Of a stretch of DNA of 64,000 bases, positions 11,040-23,411 are shown piece after piece. A program made the position numbers and the translations under genes. Position 1 is the first letter of the stretch. Each line of letters begins with the position of its first letter. Source of the DNA: Camelus ferus (lineage: Eukaryota); assembly GCF_009834535.1 (NCBI RefSeq), contig NC_045704.1:60078001-60142000 (forward strand). Direction: 5' to 3'. The notes beneath the pieces were generated by a model. It made no database searches and was not told where the DNA came from. It saw only the letters and a program-made list of their open reading frames with translations.

Positions 11040-13254
11040 CTGAAACAAAAATAAAGATCCAACTCATACTAGGCAATTTATAGATTGTAAAAGATGTACC
11101 TGTTTATACAGGGGAAAGTGAGTGAGTTTGGGGCCAGGAAACAATTTCAAAGACCCCTAGCTATTGTCAACAGTCATTTCTATTCTATTTTATTTATACG
11201 GCACATTCAGAACACGTTTATTTCCGATAGTTTATAGATACCTTATATTAGTAAAAAAAAAAAGTCATTTCAAATATTTATGTGGTATTTTATATCTTAA
11301 AATGTGTCCACACGTATGATCACATTATTCTAAGGAACAGAGAGGCCAATGTTTTCCTTCCTGTTTGCAGATGAAGTGCCCAAGGCTCTGAGGTTAAATG
11401 GATGGTCCAAGGGTACACACTGATAAATGGGAAGTCAGGAGAGGAGCCCACTTTTCCAAGTGCATGGTCAGTGCTATGGGTAAAGGGTTTACCACGCCCC
11501 ATCCCCTTATCCTCAGGTCCTAGGATGCGGGACTGGCGGCCGGGTGGGCAGTGCATCTAGTGCAGCTGGGAGCTTGACCTTGAGGAGTTGGTACGCGTGT
11601 GGCCTGAGGCCTTGGTCACAAATGAAAACCCCCTCCCCCAGCAGGGTCCTGGGAGCAGGGGCCAGGTGTGCAGTTCAAGCTCTGAGGCCGAGGGGAGAGA
11701 GCCCCTCCAGCCTCCCAAAGCTGCTCGGCCACACCCTGCACCCCACCGAGCTCACTCATAGGAGAAGGATGAGAAGGACATCCCCCACCTGTCACAACAG
11801 GGACGACATGTGACACAGCCCTGGCACGTTGATCATACCGACGATACTGGTGGTAGTTGTTACAGCCACAATCGTGCACTCCTTGCCTCTCCTGACACAA
11901 TACTGTTAGAAGGCTGCATCACAAAAGACAAGGCCGTGGCCTTGGCATCAGTTGGGGAGGGTCCAGATCCTTCTTTACCACCTCCGAGCTGTCCAGTCAG
12001 CTCATTCTTTTCTCATCCTTTCCTCTCTGTCCCCAGACTTGCCACCTTTCTCATTCAGTGTCTTTCCATTCATTATGCAAATACATAAGTTTTTTCTTTT
12101 TTTTGGTGATTCCCTCCCTCCATGACTCCCAGACAACAATGTCTTCCCCATGAACTTTCCCACCAAATTCCATCTCTTTCCCAATATACAGGCATGCAGA
12201 AATTAAGTTTTCTTCCTATCCCAGAACTCAGAGTGACCCAGAATGAAGAGGGTGGAAAAACATCATCCTACAACAAGACAGGGTCAGTGGAGAGTCTAGG
12301 AGTTGAGCCAAGGCATTTACTTGTCTCTTCAAAATGGAAATACTACTTATAAGAGTGACATCACTGTACAAATTGATAAAAATACCCCCAAAATTTCAAG
12401 AAGACTTAAAATCATTTGCTATTCTACTACCCAGAGTCAACAATTCTTAAAGTTCTGATGTATCTCTTTAGCAAATGTTTTCTATGCACACATGCACATA
12501 AATGTCTTAAAAACTAAAACTGGATCATATTGTTTGTCTGCCTTTTTTTCCCTTTACTGATCTATTTTGAAATTCTTTCCATTATAAACACCAAGAAATA
12601 CACATCGCCACCATCTTCTTAAATAATATATTCTTCATTTAGTTAATAAGTTTCTAACTGCTGGGGACTTTAAAATCCCTTCCAGCATTTCACTGATATA
12701 AACCACCCAGGGATGAGCAGCCTGTCAAAGTCATACATTTGTATACACCCTTTCTGTGAGATAGCTTCCTACAAGAGGTGTGCTTCAATCAAGCGAGCAC
12801 ATCTCATAGGTGAGAATCCTTAACTCCAGGTTGCCAGGACCAACGCCTTCTCTACTAACATCTGCTTTTAAGGAGCCTTCCACTGCCTCTTCAGTTGGCG
12901 GCAGTGTTCCCTTGTTAAGGGGTTGTGGGTGCCCAGATTGGAGTCTGAGCAGCATGCAGGAACAAAGAGATGGCAGACAGCATTACACTGAGGAAGCACG
13001 ATTGCATCCCAGGTGCCCGAGGCACCTATGCTAAGTGTTTCCCTGAAGTCCTGTCCCCCTGAACATCCCATAGACTTATTTTTATGAAAGTTAGACTCAG
13101 AGCACACAGGGAATTGATCCAAGACCATGCGGCAAGTAACAGTGATCGGACTGCATATTGAATGCTGGACACACACACACACAGCAAGGTGGCTATCCTG
13201 TCATGGAATGATCTCCATCTTTTGGCCAAGGAGTGAGGGTTTATTTTTGAGGTC

Positions 13255-13385
13255 ATGAAAACATTCTAAAATTGACTGTGGTAATGGTTGCACAACCCTG
13301 TGAATATGCTAAAAGCCATGGACTCACACACTTTAAAGGGGTGAATTTTATGGTATGTGAATTACATCTCAGTGAAGCTGTTTGG
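13255..13385 (+). mobile_element. Old L1 (L1M) 3' end fragment
   Basis: gaaaacattctaaaattgactgtggtaatggttgcacaac ... ttatggtatgtgaattacatctca. Confidence 0.75.
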
Positions 13386-14162
13386 GGTGGGGAGGGGTGT
13401 CACTATCCTTGCTGAACACAACCTTGGGTTTGGGCCCCGACTTTGCTCCTGTCAGGCCACTTCCGTTCCCTTATAGATAATAAGGGGGTAATAACAGCGA
13501 CCTCTCAGAATTGTTGGGAACCTCAAATAAGATCACGTAGCAAAGCACCTGACACCTCGCCAGTAGCCGTTATTCTCACAGCACTGCCGAACGAAGCACG
13601 AGTGTGAGGCTCAAGCTCAAAACCAGACCCTCGAGTCCGTGCTGGCAGAAGTCATGCCAGCCGCGGTTCCCAGAGCCCACACGCAGAGGCCCCTCTGGCT
13701 CCATTCTGTCTCGCCCGCCCCATTTCTGGAATGCGCGCTCCCTTCTGCCGCGGGACTAGGGTGTGGAAAGCTGTTGCTTGCAGGGGAGCTGACAGTGTCT
13801 GTGATCGTTGCAGTGGGCCTGCTGTCAGGTCCAAGTGCTGAGAGCAGGGCTGGAGGTGACCCTAGGTAGGAGGCGGGGCCCCCTCTTTGGCAGCATTTTC
13901 TGTGTGAAGCACAGAAGTGTTTATTTGCTCGCTGAATCCCTGGCTCGTGCCTATGCTGGGGTTCCTGCTTTCTTCTCCAAGCGAAGCACAGCTTCCTCTT
14001 CTCACTTCCGATCCAAGCCTTGCCTAGTGTCCCCTGAATTTGTGGCTTCCAAGTCACTCCACTCCCACTTCCCTTCCCTCTCTCCCAAGCTCAAGACGCT
14101 TTGTTCATCCTTTCTCAGTGTAATCATTCTTCAGGCGTTTTACTGGCACCCTTTAGTCTAGG

Positions 14163-14338
14163 CCAGTGGCTGTCAGCTCTGGCTGCGCATTAAAATTACC
14201 TGGGGAGTTTAGCGCCTGCGATGCCCCGGGCCCCATACCAAGGAACCCTAATTTAATTGGTCTGGGTTAGGACCTAGCACTGGTAACGTGAATAGCACCT
14301 CAGTTGATTCTAACGTGAAGCCTGAATTAAGAATCACC
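14163..14338. mobile_element. MER5A-like hAT element
   Basis: cagtgg...gcattaaaattacctggggag ... taattggtctggg ... gattctaacgtgaagcctgaattaagaatcac. Confidence 0.75.
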
Positions 14339-15041
14339 CAGCAGGTCCTCCCTACTTCACTTGGATGAGAACAGCAGCGCCCTGGCTAGTCTTCAAACAT
14401 CCATTGGCACTATCCATTCCTGCCCTCCCGGGACGTGCACAGACACACAAAGCCACACCTTGTGTATTTTCTATAGATATCAGCAAATACCATCTTCCAC
14501 CTTTGATCATGCTGCTGTTGAGCAGATTAGTAACAAGGGCTATTCATCCTTAAATTCATTATTTCCAGCCCTTTTCTGCCTTACAACAAACTACTCCTTC
14601 AGGACATCCTGGCTGGACATTGTCTTTCAGGATGGAAGACCCTCTAGTCATCAGCCAGCCTCCCCTCCCCAGCCCCACATCGAGCTTGCTCCTTCATTGT
14701 CCACTTGGCATGGTCACGTTTTTCTTCTGCCCATCTATCTCCCTCCCCTTAATTAATACCATCATCATCCAGATTCTTCACTCAGCTGCGCATCCCACAA
14801 CCACGGAAGAGAGAGTTTGCGATGTGCAGACTTGAGGGTCTATGAGCTGTGGATTTCCACATGTGGAACCCGTCTCTCCCACAGGACTGGAGCCTGCACT
14901 GAGGCAGGAGGAGAGCATTCAGTTCCTTTAAGGCTCCCTCAAGGCCAAAGTCAGGGCTAGGGACATTTCTTAAATGCTATTCCCCAACCTGCTAAACAGT
15001 GCCCATACTGAGGTGGAGGAATTTAGAGACCAAACACTTAC

Positions 15042-15347
15042 CTAGAATCTTCAAATCGAATAGTTTGTCCAGCACGTGTTTTCCTTGTGTGTCGTATACA
15101 GCTACCTTGTAGGTGTCTCTATCAGTGCTCTTCAGATCTTTAATTTTCAGAGTCCCATTTGTTAATATCATGTATCTGTCCATTATCTGCTGAGGTGTCT
15201 TGTTTCTTTTGAATTGTGCGACCTTGGTTCTGCTTCTGGACCACTGTATATCATCTATAGAATCACTCATTTGAAAATCAGGAATGTCCAGGCTGATGTC
15301 ATGGTTCAGGACACCAGAGATGACCTGCTTATTTTCAGAGACTGCAC
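15042..15347 (-). CDS. CD2: CD2 exon 2 (Ig V-set adhesion domain D1)
   Basis: Acceptor T21-aatag|G, donor CTAG|gtaagt, 306 nt, phase 1-1. Encodes AVSENKQVISGVLNHDISLDIPDFQMSDSIDDIQW...NGTLKIKDL...YDTQGKHVLDKLFDLKIL, homologous to human CD2 D1. Confidence 0.97.
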
Positions 15348-15504
15348 CTATTAAAAAAAAAAAAAAAAAAAAAAGACAGTTACTGAAGTCGTGCGAGCCA
15401 CTGCCAGGGAAAGCTGGGCTGTGACCTCTTTGCCTCTTCCACTCACTTCATGGTCTCCAAAAAAGTTTCTAATGGTGACAATGGAGACCCACACATCAAC
15501 TTAC

Positions 15505-15565
15505 CTTTAGTGGAAACAGTGAAAAGCAGAAGGCAGCTGGCTAAGATGTTACATGCGAGGCTCAT
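15505..15565 (-). CDS. CD2: CD2 coding exon 1 (signal peptide, MSLACNILASCLLLFTVSTK/G)
   Basis: ATG at 15565-15563, 61 nt, donor AAAG|gtaagt. Translation resembles the human CD2 leader MSFPCKFVASFLLIFNVSSKG. Confidence 0.96.
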
Positions 15566-15720
15566 CTTTGGTGTCAGTTTCCTTCTTGTGATTCTGAGCT
15601 CCCTTTACAAAAGGAACTGAAGTGAGACCAGTGGAATCCACCCCCGAGAGCTTAACCACGTGCCTCTCTTCTTTGCTTCTTTACAGTAATCGTAGAAGAT
15701 GCACGCTCACACACACGCGA
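15566..15720 (-). promoter_or_regulatory. CD2 proximal promoter / 5'UTR, TATA-less, with E-box
   Basis: CACGTG at 15657-15662, ~92 nt upstream of the ATG; the human CD2 promoter has a USF-bound E-box. GGAA core in AGAAGGAAAC just upstream of the ATG. No TATA box seen. Confidence 0.7.
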
Positions 15721-16599
15721 GCACACAGGAAAGCAAGCCCGCTCAAGTGTTCCTTTGCCAAAGCAGCTGTGTTTATGAGTGTGTGTTTCCTTATCATATT
15801 TCACTCCTCATGATGACCTTAGATGGGGTTCATTTCCTCCATCGAAGAGAAGAGGAACTGAGAGTCTAAGTAAACCATGCAGGATCGCCCTTTAGTTAAC
15901 AAGGAGACAAATTCAGCCACACGGCCCGTCTTCTAACCATTCTGTGGCAGTGCCCCTCACAAGACCACATAGAAATGTGGGTGAATGTCCATAAGTGAAC
16001 AGCCAGCAGACCACGATTATCTATTGCATGGTTACAACTACTGGAAAATGTGTACATACAAAATAATTACAAAAGTGGATTTTTTTCCTCTTTCTCAAAA
16101 TGCATTCTAAAATGTTCTGAAACTGTTTTATGTGATGAAGGGAAACAAATATAAATTGAGCCTCAGCTATAAATGCTTGAAATCCCCAAATCTTACGTTC
16201 AGTGCACATTTCACAACTATACTGAAATTCACAGTTAGGTAAATAAAAATGTGTTCCAAAACAAGCCAAAAATGCTTTGAGGCTATGAAATACCATAAAC
16301 AACCAGAACAACGAAAAAACATTTTAAGCTGGTTAACACTATAGATGGTTAAGGAACGGAAGAGTTAAGAAGAGAAAAGGAAGCAAGAGAGGACTGGGAG
16401 AAAGAAAGAGAAAAGAAACGTGTGACCCAGGGAGAGATACAGAGAGATGCGCTGATGGACGCAAACAGAAAATGAGGCCGGGAGAGATCCCACTGCAGAA
16501 AAAAGGGACACCCAGTGACAGATCTCCAAAGTAAACTTCCAGCTTTATGATTCTTTAGGATAGAGTGAGCAAAAATCTTAAAAACTGTGCTTGTTTTCT

Positions 16600-19230
16600 G
16601 TTTCAACTTTAGGGGCAAATACAGATATTCTCTCTCACAAAGCTGCCCAGGGAATGAAAAAGTAAGTCAGAGCAATAGGATCTCAACCACTGGGTAAAAG
16701 GAAGCCTCAATAGATTATTAAACTCATGATCATGTGACAAATCCTTAACTCACATCATCCACAAAAAAAAAGTTCAGTTGAATTACACTTTTAAATGTTA
16801 AAACTGTTTTTAAAAATTTTTCAAAAGCTTTATTTCGTATATTTACATGAAACCAATAGGACAGTTTTATTCTATTAATACAGAAAAATTCAGTAGTCAC
16901 ACAAATGGGTCATCACACTTTCTAAACAATGTTAATGATAAAGCAAATCATTTGATAGAACTTTAACAAATACATATTCTGTGTTCATAATCATTGTGTC
17001 TATGTCATTTGTTAAAATGTAAAGCATAGATTACTTGCCTTTTCCCCTCTAATTCTATATTTATAAGCATATTCTTCTAATAAGATTCTGGTAAAAATAC
17101 AGTCATAAATTTTACCTACAACTTTAATTTTACCTATTCTGACATTAGGCAGAAATTTTTAAGATCTTATGTGTTAAAAAGATTATAGTGCTTAAAAAAT
17201 AGTATAGAAAAATACTTTCCTATCTTTGGGTACAGAAAGCCTGCCTGTATATACTATAAGATGCAAAAGTAATAAAGAAAAGATGGGCACAATTGACTAT
17301 GTAAAAATGAACAAAATGAAAAGACATGACAGAAAATATTTGCAATATATATAAATTACTAATATCAAAAATATATAAATTATTCCTGTCAGTCAATAAG
17401 GTCAATAAAACTCAGTCTTTAAAATGGGCAAAGGGTATAAATGAGTAGCTTATAGAAGAAATAATAATAAATGTATGAGAAGACATCAAATATCACAAAA
17501 TATATATATTATAGCCGTAAAACACTATTTTCACAATCAGATTGTCAAAGTTAGAAAAAGATAGTGATTTAGATTATTGACAAGAATGTAACGAGAAACA
17601 GGCACTTCATGTAATGTTGGAGGGAGCATAAAGCCATACCTCCCGTGGGGTGGAATTTGGCAATTTCCACCAAACTTTAAAATATATATATATTTTTGAA
17701 CTAGTAATTTTAATTTGAGAAATCTATCCTATACAAATATTTGCATAAATGTGCAAAACATCTGTTCAAGGATGTCTGTTGTAGCATTTTTTTATAATAA
17801 AAAATTTCAAACAACTAAAATTATGGTATATTCATATTATGAAATACTGGGTAACAATTAAAATGAATGAAGTAGACCTAAAAGCAAAAATATATTATAC
17901 TGTATGTAATAGTTAGTGTATGCTTGGACAAAAGGTCTGGGAGGATTCACACCAAACTTTTAACAGTGATTCCCTTTCAGGACTTAGATTTGGAGCAGGC
18001 TGAAAGAAAACTTTGACTTCTTACTTTATCAACTTCTACGAAGTTAGAAATTTTGATAATGAACACATTAATTTTGTAATAAAAAACTTTTAACAAAGGG
18101 TGCTTAGGACACATGTTTTTTCAAAAGTATATGCAGATCCTGAGAAACAGTTAGCATCTAATTTCCTTGCTTATAAGTGGCTAACTGCTCGCCAGCTGCC
18201 AACTCCAGCCTTTCAACACTGGGTCCGGACGGTGAGGTGACGGCTGTGGTGTAACCTGCCTCAGCTTTCCTGACAGTTTTCCTAAGTTTCCATGCAGCAA
18301 GTGGAGAGCAGTTCTCTGTTCTTTTCGAAACAATAATCCTGCTCCTCTCACATCTAAATTCTGAGTGTGGAGCTTGACTTTAAGGGCAGAAATTGACAAA
18401 GAAAGGGATCGATAAAATCTATGTAAAATTTAAAACCTTTGTACATAAAAAGCCCTAAAAAATGTTAAAAGACAAAGTACTAAGAGGAGAAAATTATTTA
18501 CAAAATAAATAACAAAGTTTAATATCTTTAAAATTAAATTTTTCATGTAAATATAGAAAGAAAAGATAGACACCTTGATATTAAATTGGGTCAAGGTCGT
18601 AAAAGGGACAATTCACAAAAAAAAGAAATACAGTTGTACAATAAGCCTATGAAAATGCAGTCAATTTACTAACAAACAAAAATATAAATTTTAACATAGA
18701 TGCCTTTTTCATCTTTTATTTTAAAAATGAAAATATACAGGGTTGATGATGGTAAAAACAGACATTCTTGACTGTGGACCATAGAAATGTGACCAGGTGT
18801 AGAGTTTCTGATGGACAGTTTGTCCGTGTGAATCAGAGGCATCAAAGATATTTTTATGTTGACCTAGCAAGTCCGCAAAAATCATTTTATCTTAAGGAAA
18901 TAATGAAAGACTTATAAGACTTGACTAAAAATTTATACCTTATAGCATTTTTAATAAGTCAAAATTGGAGATGATTTAAACATTTGAGAGGAGAAAATTT
19001 GTTAAGTAAATCATGATACAGACAAACTGAGTATGGGGGGGAAGGTCACAATAAACAATATAATCCCATTTTTGTTTGTCAAAAAGTGTGTGCTGGGTGT
19101 GTGTCTTTTGGAAGGATGTCCATCAGAGTGTTGGTCTCTGCGTGGTGTGATATGGCAATGGTTCTGTTGTGCTTGGTGTTTCTTGCCATTCTAATGTTTC
19201 TAAATTGAACATATATTGCTTTTCAATTTG
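16600..19230. mobile_element. Degraded old L1 (L1ME/L1MC-like) patchwork
   Basis: Very A/T-rich, with ORF2-like relics such as aaaatgggcaaagg, tttggcaatttccaccaaa and aaattggagatgatttaaacattt. Confidence 0.55.
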
Positions 19231-19314
19231 ATTTCTTTTTAATTCTAAGTAGGCCTCCCACTTAGGTAAAAGCTCCCAGAACTGAGGGTGGGTGGGGTTC
19301 CTGCCTTCACGTAC

Positions 19315-19340
19315 GTGTGTGTGTGTGTGTGTGTGTGTGT
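19315..19340. repeat. (GT)13 microsatellite
   Basis: Direct reading. Confidence 0.95.
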
Positions 19341-22300
19341 GAGCTGCTAGGGAAAACCCACCGTTGACTCATTTCAGTTTCTCCCTCCCTGTCCTCACTG
19401 CCGTCCAGGGGCTGTCGCCTGCTCTATCATCACTGCCTCTTCTTCTCACCCAAACTAACACTCCTGGGGAACTAGACTAGAGGGAAGCGAATAAGAAGCA
19501 AAATCTCAGAGATTTTGCTCTGGGACCAATTCCTGTCCCTCACGAGAATCGGGTTGTGTTAACACCGTGGCAGTTCACACCAACCAAATGTCTTGAATTG
19601 GCAGATTTTAGAGCAGCAGGAAACTCGGGAAGCGATCTGGTCTCCTTTTTGCATTTCTGTTGAGGGTCCTGAGCCCTGGGAAGTTCTAGGGTGTGCCTGG
19701 CCCCCTCATCCAAGTCAGCAGCCCACTCCCCAGCCTCTGGGACACTGTCTGCTTCCTACCGAGACTTCAGAGTCCTCTCTGCCTCCCACACCTCATGTAC
19801 CCCTCAACTTAGGATTCACTGAGTCCAGCCTCACCCTCCTCTGTAGCATCCATTTCCTCCTCGGTACCTCCACTTGTGCCCTTATTACAGCTTCCCACAA
19901 GATAAGGTGAGAAATGTGGAAAAGGAGGCAGGTATGTAGCATTTTGTACTGAAACTGAGTACGCTGTGGCTTCAGTGATGATGAGGAAGTCCACCCCGTG
20001 TCTGCTTGCAGCCCAGTCCTGTTGGTATTCAGCCTGGCAGGGTCTGGGTGGTCACACCAGAAGCAGCATGAGCATCAGGCCAGGGCTATTCTCACCACCA
20101 GGCAGTGAGTGGGTGTTCTGACAAAGGTGGCCTCAGCCACCAGTGCATGGTGCACGGTGGGAGACCTCCGTCTCTGAGAGCCAAGTCCTCTGCCAGGAGT
20201 TACCTCCTCTGGGGCAGAAACTGAGTTTTCTTTGCCTTTTGTGTTTCCCACCCACTCAGCAAGCAAGAGAGAATCGACCCACGGAAATGGTTGCTGTGTG
20301 AAGCCTGGGTACCTGAAATGAGAGTCGCTCGGCCTGGAAGTCCCCTGGGGGGGTAAACGTCTCAGAGAGGAGAAGGAAGTATGATCAGCCATCTCAGCTG
20401 TGTAACCACGTGGCTTCAGAGAAGGGAGCTTCGAGCCAACAGGTACTGGTTATGCTGATCTGGGCGCTCAGTTCATGTTGGTGAGCTCGGCTTCCACGTT
20501 TGTGACAGAGGACAAACACTTCATGCTCAAGCTTACTGGGGGAGTCAGACGAGGTGATGGTGACCAGCGTCTTGGGCAGTGCCTGGCCCTGGGGAGAGCC
20601 TCAATAAACATCAAATTTCTCTCCTGTTTGCCACTCCGTTCCTGAGAGAGGGGCTTACTTAAGAAAAGAAGGGAGGGGACAAACGGAGAAGATTTGCCCT
20701 CAGACATAAGCCAGGAAAGCTTGTGGTTCTCAGGGCTTTTGAATGCTTTCCAGCAAGAAAGTCGGGGCCTTAAGACTGACAAGCACTAAGAAGCTTGATG
20801 AGACTTTTTAGGATGTGTATTGCTTTTCTCTGCTTTTTATTTTTGTGGCCTTCCTCTCCCTACTTGTTTCTCAGGGTAGCTGAGCTAGAACTTCAGGGGG
20901 ACCTGTGAGTCTGTGATCAGAGAAGCAGTGTCGCAGGGGACACAGGGAAACAGTGCTTCAAAGCAGCTGGGCTGGGGAGCATGAACCAGGACACAGAAGG
21001 CGGTGCGGCTGCCCAGGGGAGAGGGATACAGTGGAGGAGAGCGGGATGGAGACGCCAGCTGCCCTGAGCCCCAAGAAGGGTCCACAGTGGCTGGAAGTCC
21101 ATGCAACTCCCCAACAAACAGCAAGAACCCAGTAAATGCCAGTTGTGTGGACAACTGAAGGGAGACAGTGAAAGAAGCAGTGGTGTGATGGAACTCAAGC
21201 TGGAGGACCCAGTGCGAGTTCTGGCTTTTCTACTTGCTAGCCGTGTGCTCGTCCAAGTGCCTCGGTGAGCTTCAGTTTCATCAAGTCTAAAATGGTGAGG
21301 TTGGGGCGGGGCAATCCCTCTGCTTGCTCGATTTAGCTCAAAAGGTTGTGGTAAGGGTGTGATAAACTCACCGGTGAGAAGCCTACACTGTACGCCAGAA
21401 AGTTCAGGGTGGCGCCGGGACGGTGTGAGTGGCCATCAGAAACTTATGGGGCCCTGTAATGAAGAGGAATATGAAACAGAATATATAACTGAATCACGAT
21501 GCTGTACACCGGCAACCAATACAGCATTGTAAATCAGCTATAGTTCTATTTTAAAAACGTTTTTTAAAAAAACTTATGGGGAAACATCAAAGGAAGCTTT
21601 CTGGGATTAGTTCAACCACAGCCAGGTCCCACACCAGGAGAGAGGGCAATCTCTTCAGGGTCAGGTGAGCTGGGCAGAAAAGAGAAGGGTCACCATCACC
21701 ACAGGGCAATCCAGCAGCTCCTGGGGTGGTTTTATTTCAGAAGACCCTGGGGCAAAGTTTCTGCCTGCTGCTGCCACCTGCTGGTAATAAACTGAACTGC
21801 ACCCTTGCTAATAACACTGTTGGCGGTTCGAACGTCTTAACCTTTGCATACAAACTGCATTTGTGCAGTGTTTCAGTTTACAATTTTTCCCCTCTCAAAA
21901 ATGATATTCTTCTTTTAACTGAAGTACAGACAGTTACGATGTGTCAATTTCTGGTGTACAGCCCAATGTCCCAGTCATGCACTGATACTCTTTCATCCAC
22001 ACAGTTTCCTTGCAGTATAAGCATTTTTGTAGATTTAAAAAAACAAAGCTTGGAGGAGTTAAATGAATTCTGCAGAGACTTAACCAGGAAATGACTCGTT
22101 TCTCTGATTCTAAGACCTGTGTTCTTTCTGCCGTCACTAGGGGTGTGTCAGTCAGTTCTGCCACTACTATGGTGGGTCTCAGAATCTGAGCCTGGGATTC
22201 TCCTGACCTCTGCTGCTACCACACCTCTCCTCCACAGCCCCAAACCCCCAATATCCTATCTGTATCTGAGGCTGCCAGCGTGCAGGGGTGGTAGGGCTAC

Positions 22301-22934
22301 AAAGGTAAGCTAGGCCTGCGCCGTCCCTGTCCTCCCAGAGATCTCAGACTGAGGAGGGAGGTGAGACAGGCATCCAGGGACCCCGGGGCCTGTGAGAAGT
22401 GCCACAGACAGGCTCAGGTGGAATTCACGGGAGGTCAAGGAGGCTCCAGCTGGGAGATGTGGTGGCTGAGCTGGACCTTAAAAGACTAACACGATGCAAG
22501 TTCATAAAGAGGTCGATAAATGACATCCCAGGCTGAGGGCCCAAGAAGAGGGAAGCCTCAATGGGGACAAGCATCAGTGTGAGGGGAGGAGGTGCTCCTG
22601 TTTGGCGGAGGAGAGACGTGGGCAGTGATGCTGGGCGTGGAGACTGGGGGCAGGCTGAGATTCACACTACTTTCTAAGGGCCATTCATGCTTCATGGTTT
22701 CCACTAACTCATTTAACAAATTCTTATTGTGACAGACACATATTCTGTTTCTAAGGATCATAGCAAAACCAACACTTTGTCACATAGCATTCATTTATTT
22801 ATTCAGTGGATATTTGCTGACTGCCTACTTTCCCTGTGCCAGGCGCTCTTCCAGGCCCTGGGATTTGTCCCTGCCCACACTGAACTTACATTCTAGTGGA
22901 GACACAATGTACAACATAGAGAAGTAACACGTAA

Positions 22935-23050
22935 GGAGGAGGGTACAGCTCAGTGGTAGACCGCGTGCTTCGCATGCACGGGGTCCTGGGTTCAATCCCT
23001 AGTACATCAATTAAATAAATAAATAAACCTAATTACCTCCCCCCCACAAA
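22935..23050 (+). mobile_element. tRNA-Ala-derived SINE (vic-1-like)
   Basis: gggtacagctcagtggtaga...ggtcctgggttcaatccctagtac plus tail aaataaataaacctaattacctcccc. Confidence 0.85.
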
Positions 23051-23390
23051 TTAGCATATGAACATTTAGGTGGTGAAAATGGGGGAGAAAATGAGGAAAG
23101 GCCTGCGTGGGCCTCGGTTATCTTTGCAGCCCTGCCACCGCTGGAGTTTGGGGCCTGAGAAGAGGCCAAGAGAACCCCAGGCTCATTTTGCAATGCAAGG
23201 GGCGGGGGTTTGCACTTTTCGAGAGGTGGCCACAAAGGTCGCGGTGGAAGTGGCTGAGTAAAGACCTGAGGGGGTGAGGAAGGGAGAGGGTGTGTTGGGG
23301 AGTGGTGCCCCAGGCAGGGCAACATGTGAGCAGAGGCCCTGAGGTGGGGCCACAGTGTTTGGGGATGGGGTGTGTATGGGACGTGGTGGC

Positions 23391-23411
23391 GGGGGGGGGG
23401 GGGGGGGGGGG
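23391..23411. repeat. G21 homopolymer
   Basis: Direct reading. Confidence 0.9.

Noticed and set aside
22935-23010. tRNA-Ala-like sequences here and at 8565, 25001, 45763 and 46401 as true tRNA genes
   Set aside because: They have diverged acceptor stems, a shared non-tRNA tail, A-rich ends and TSDs, so they are SINEs.
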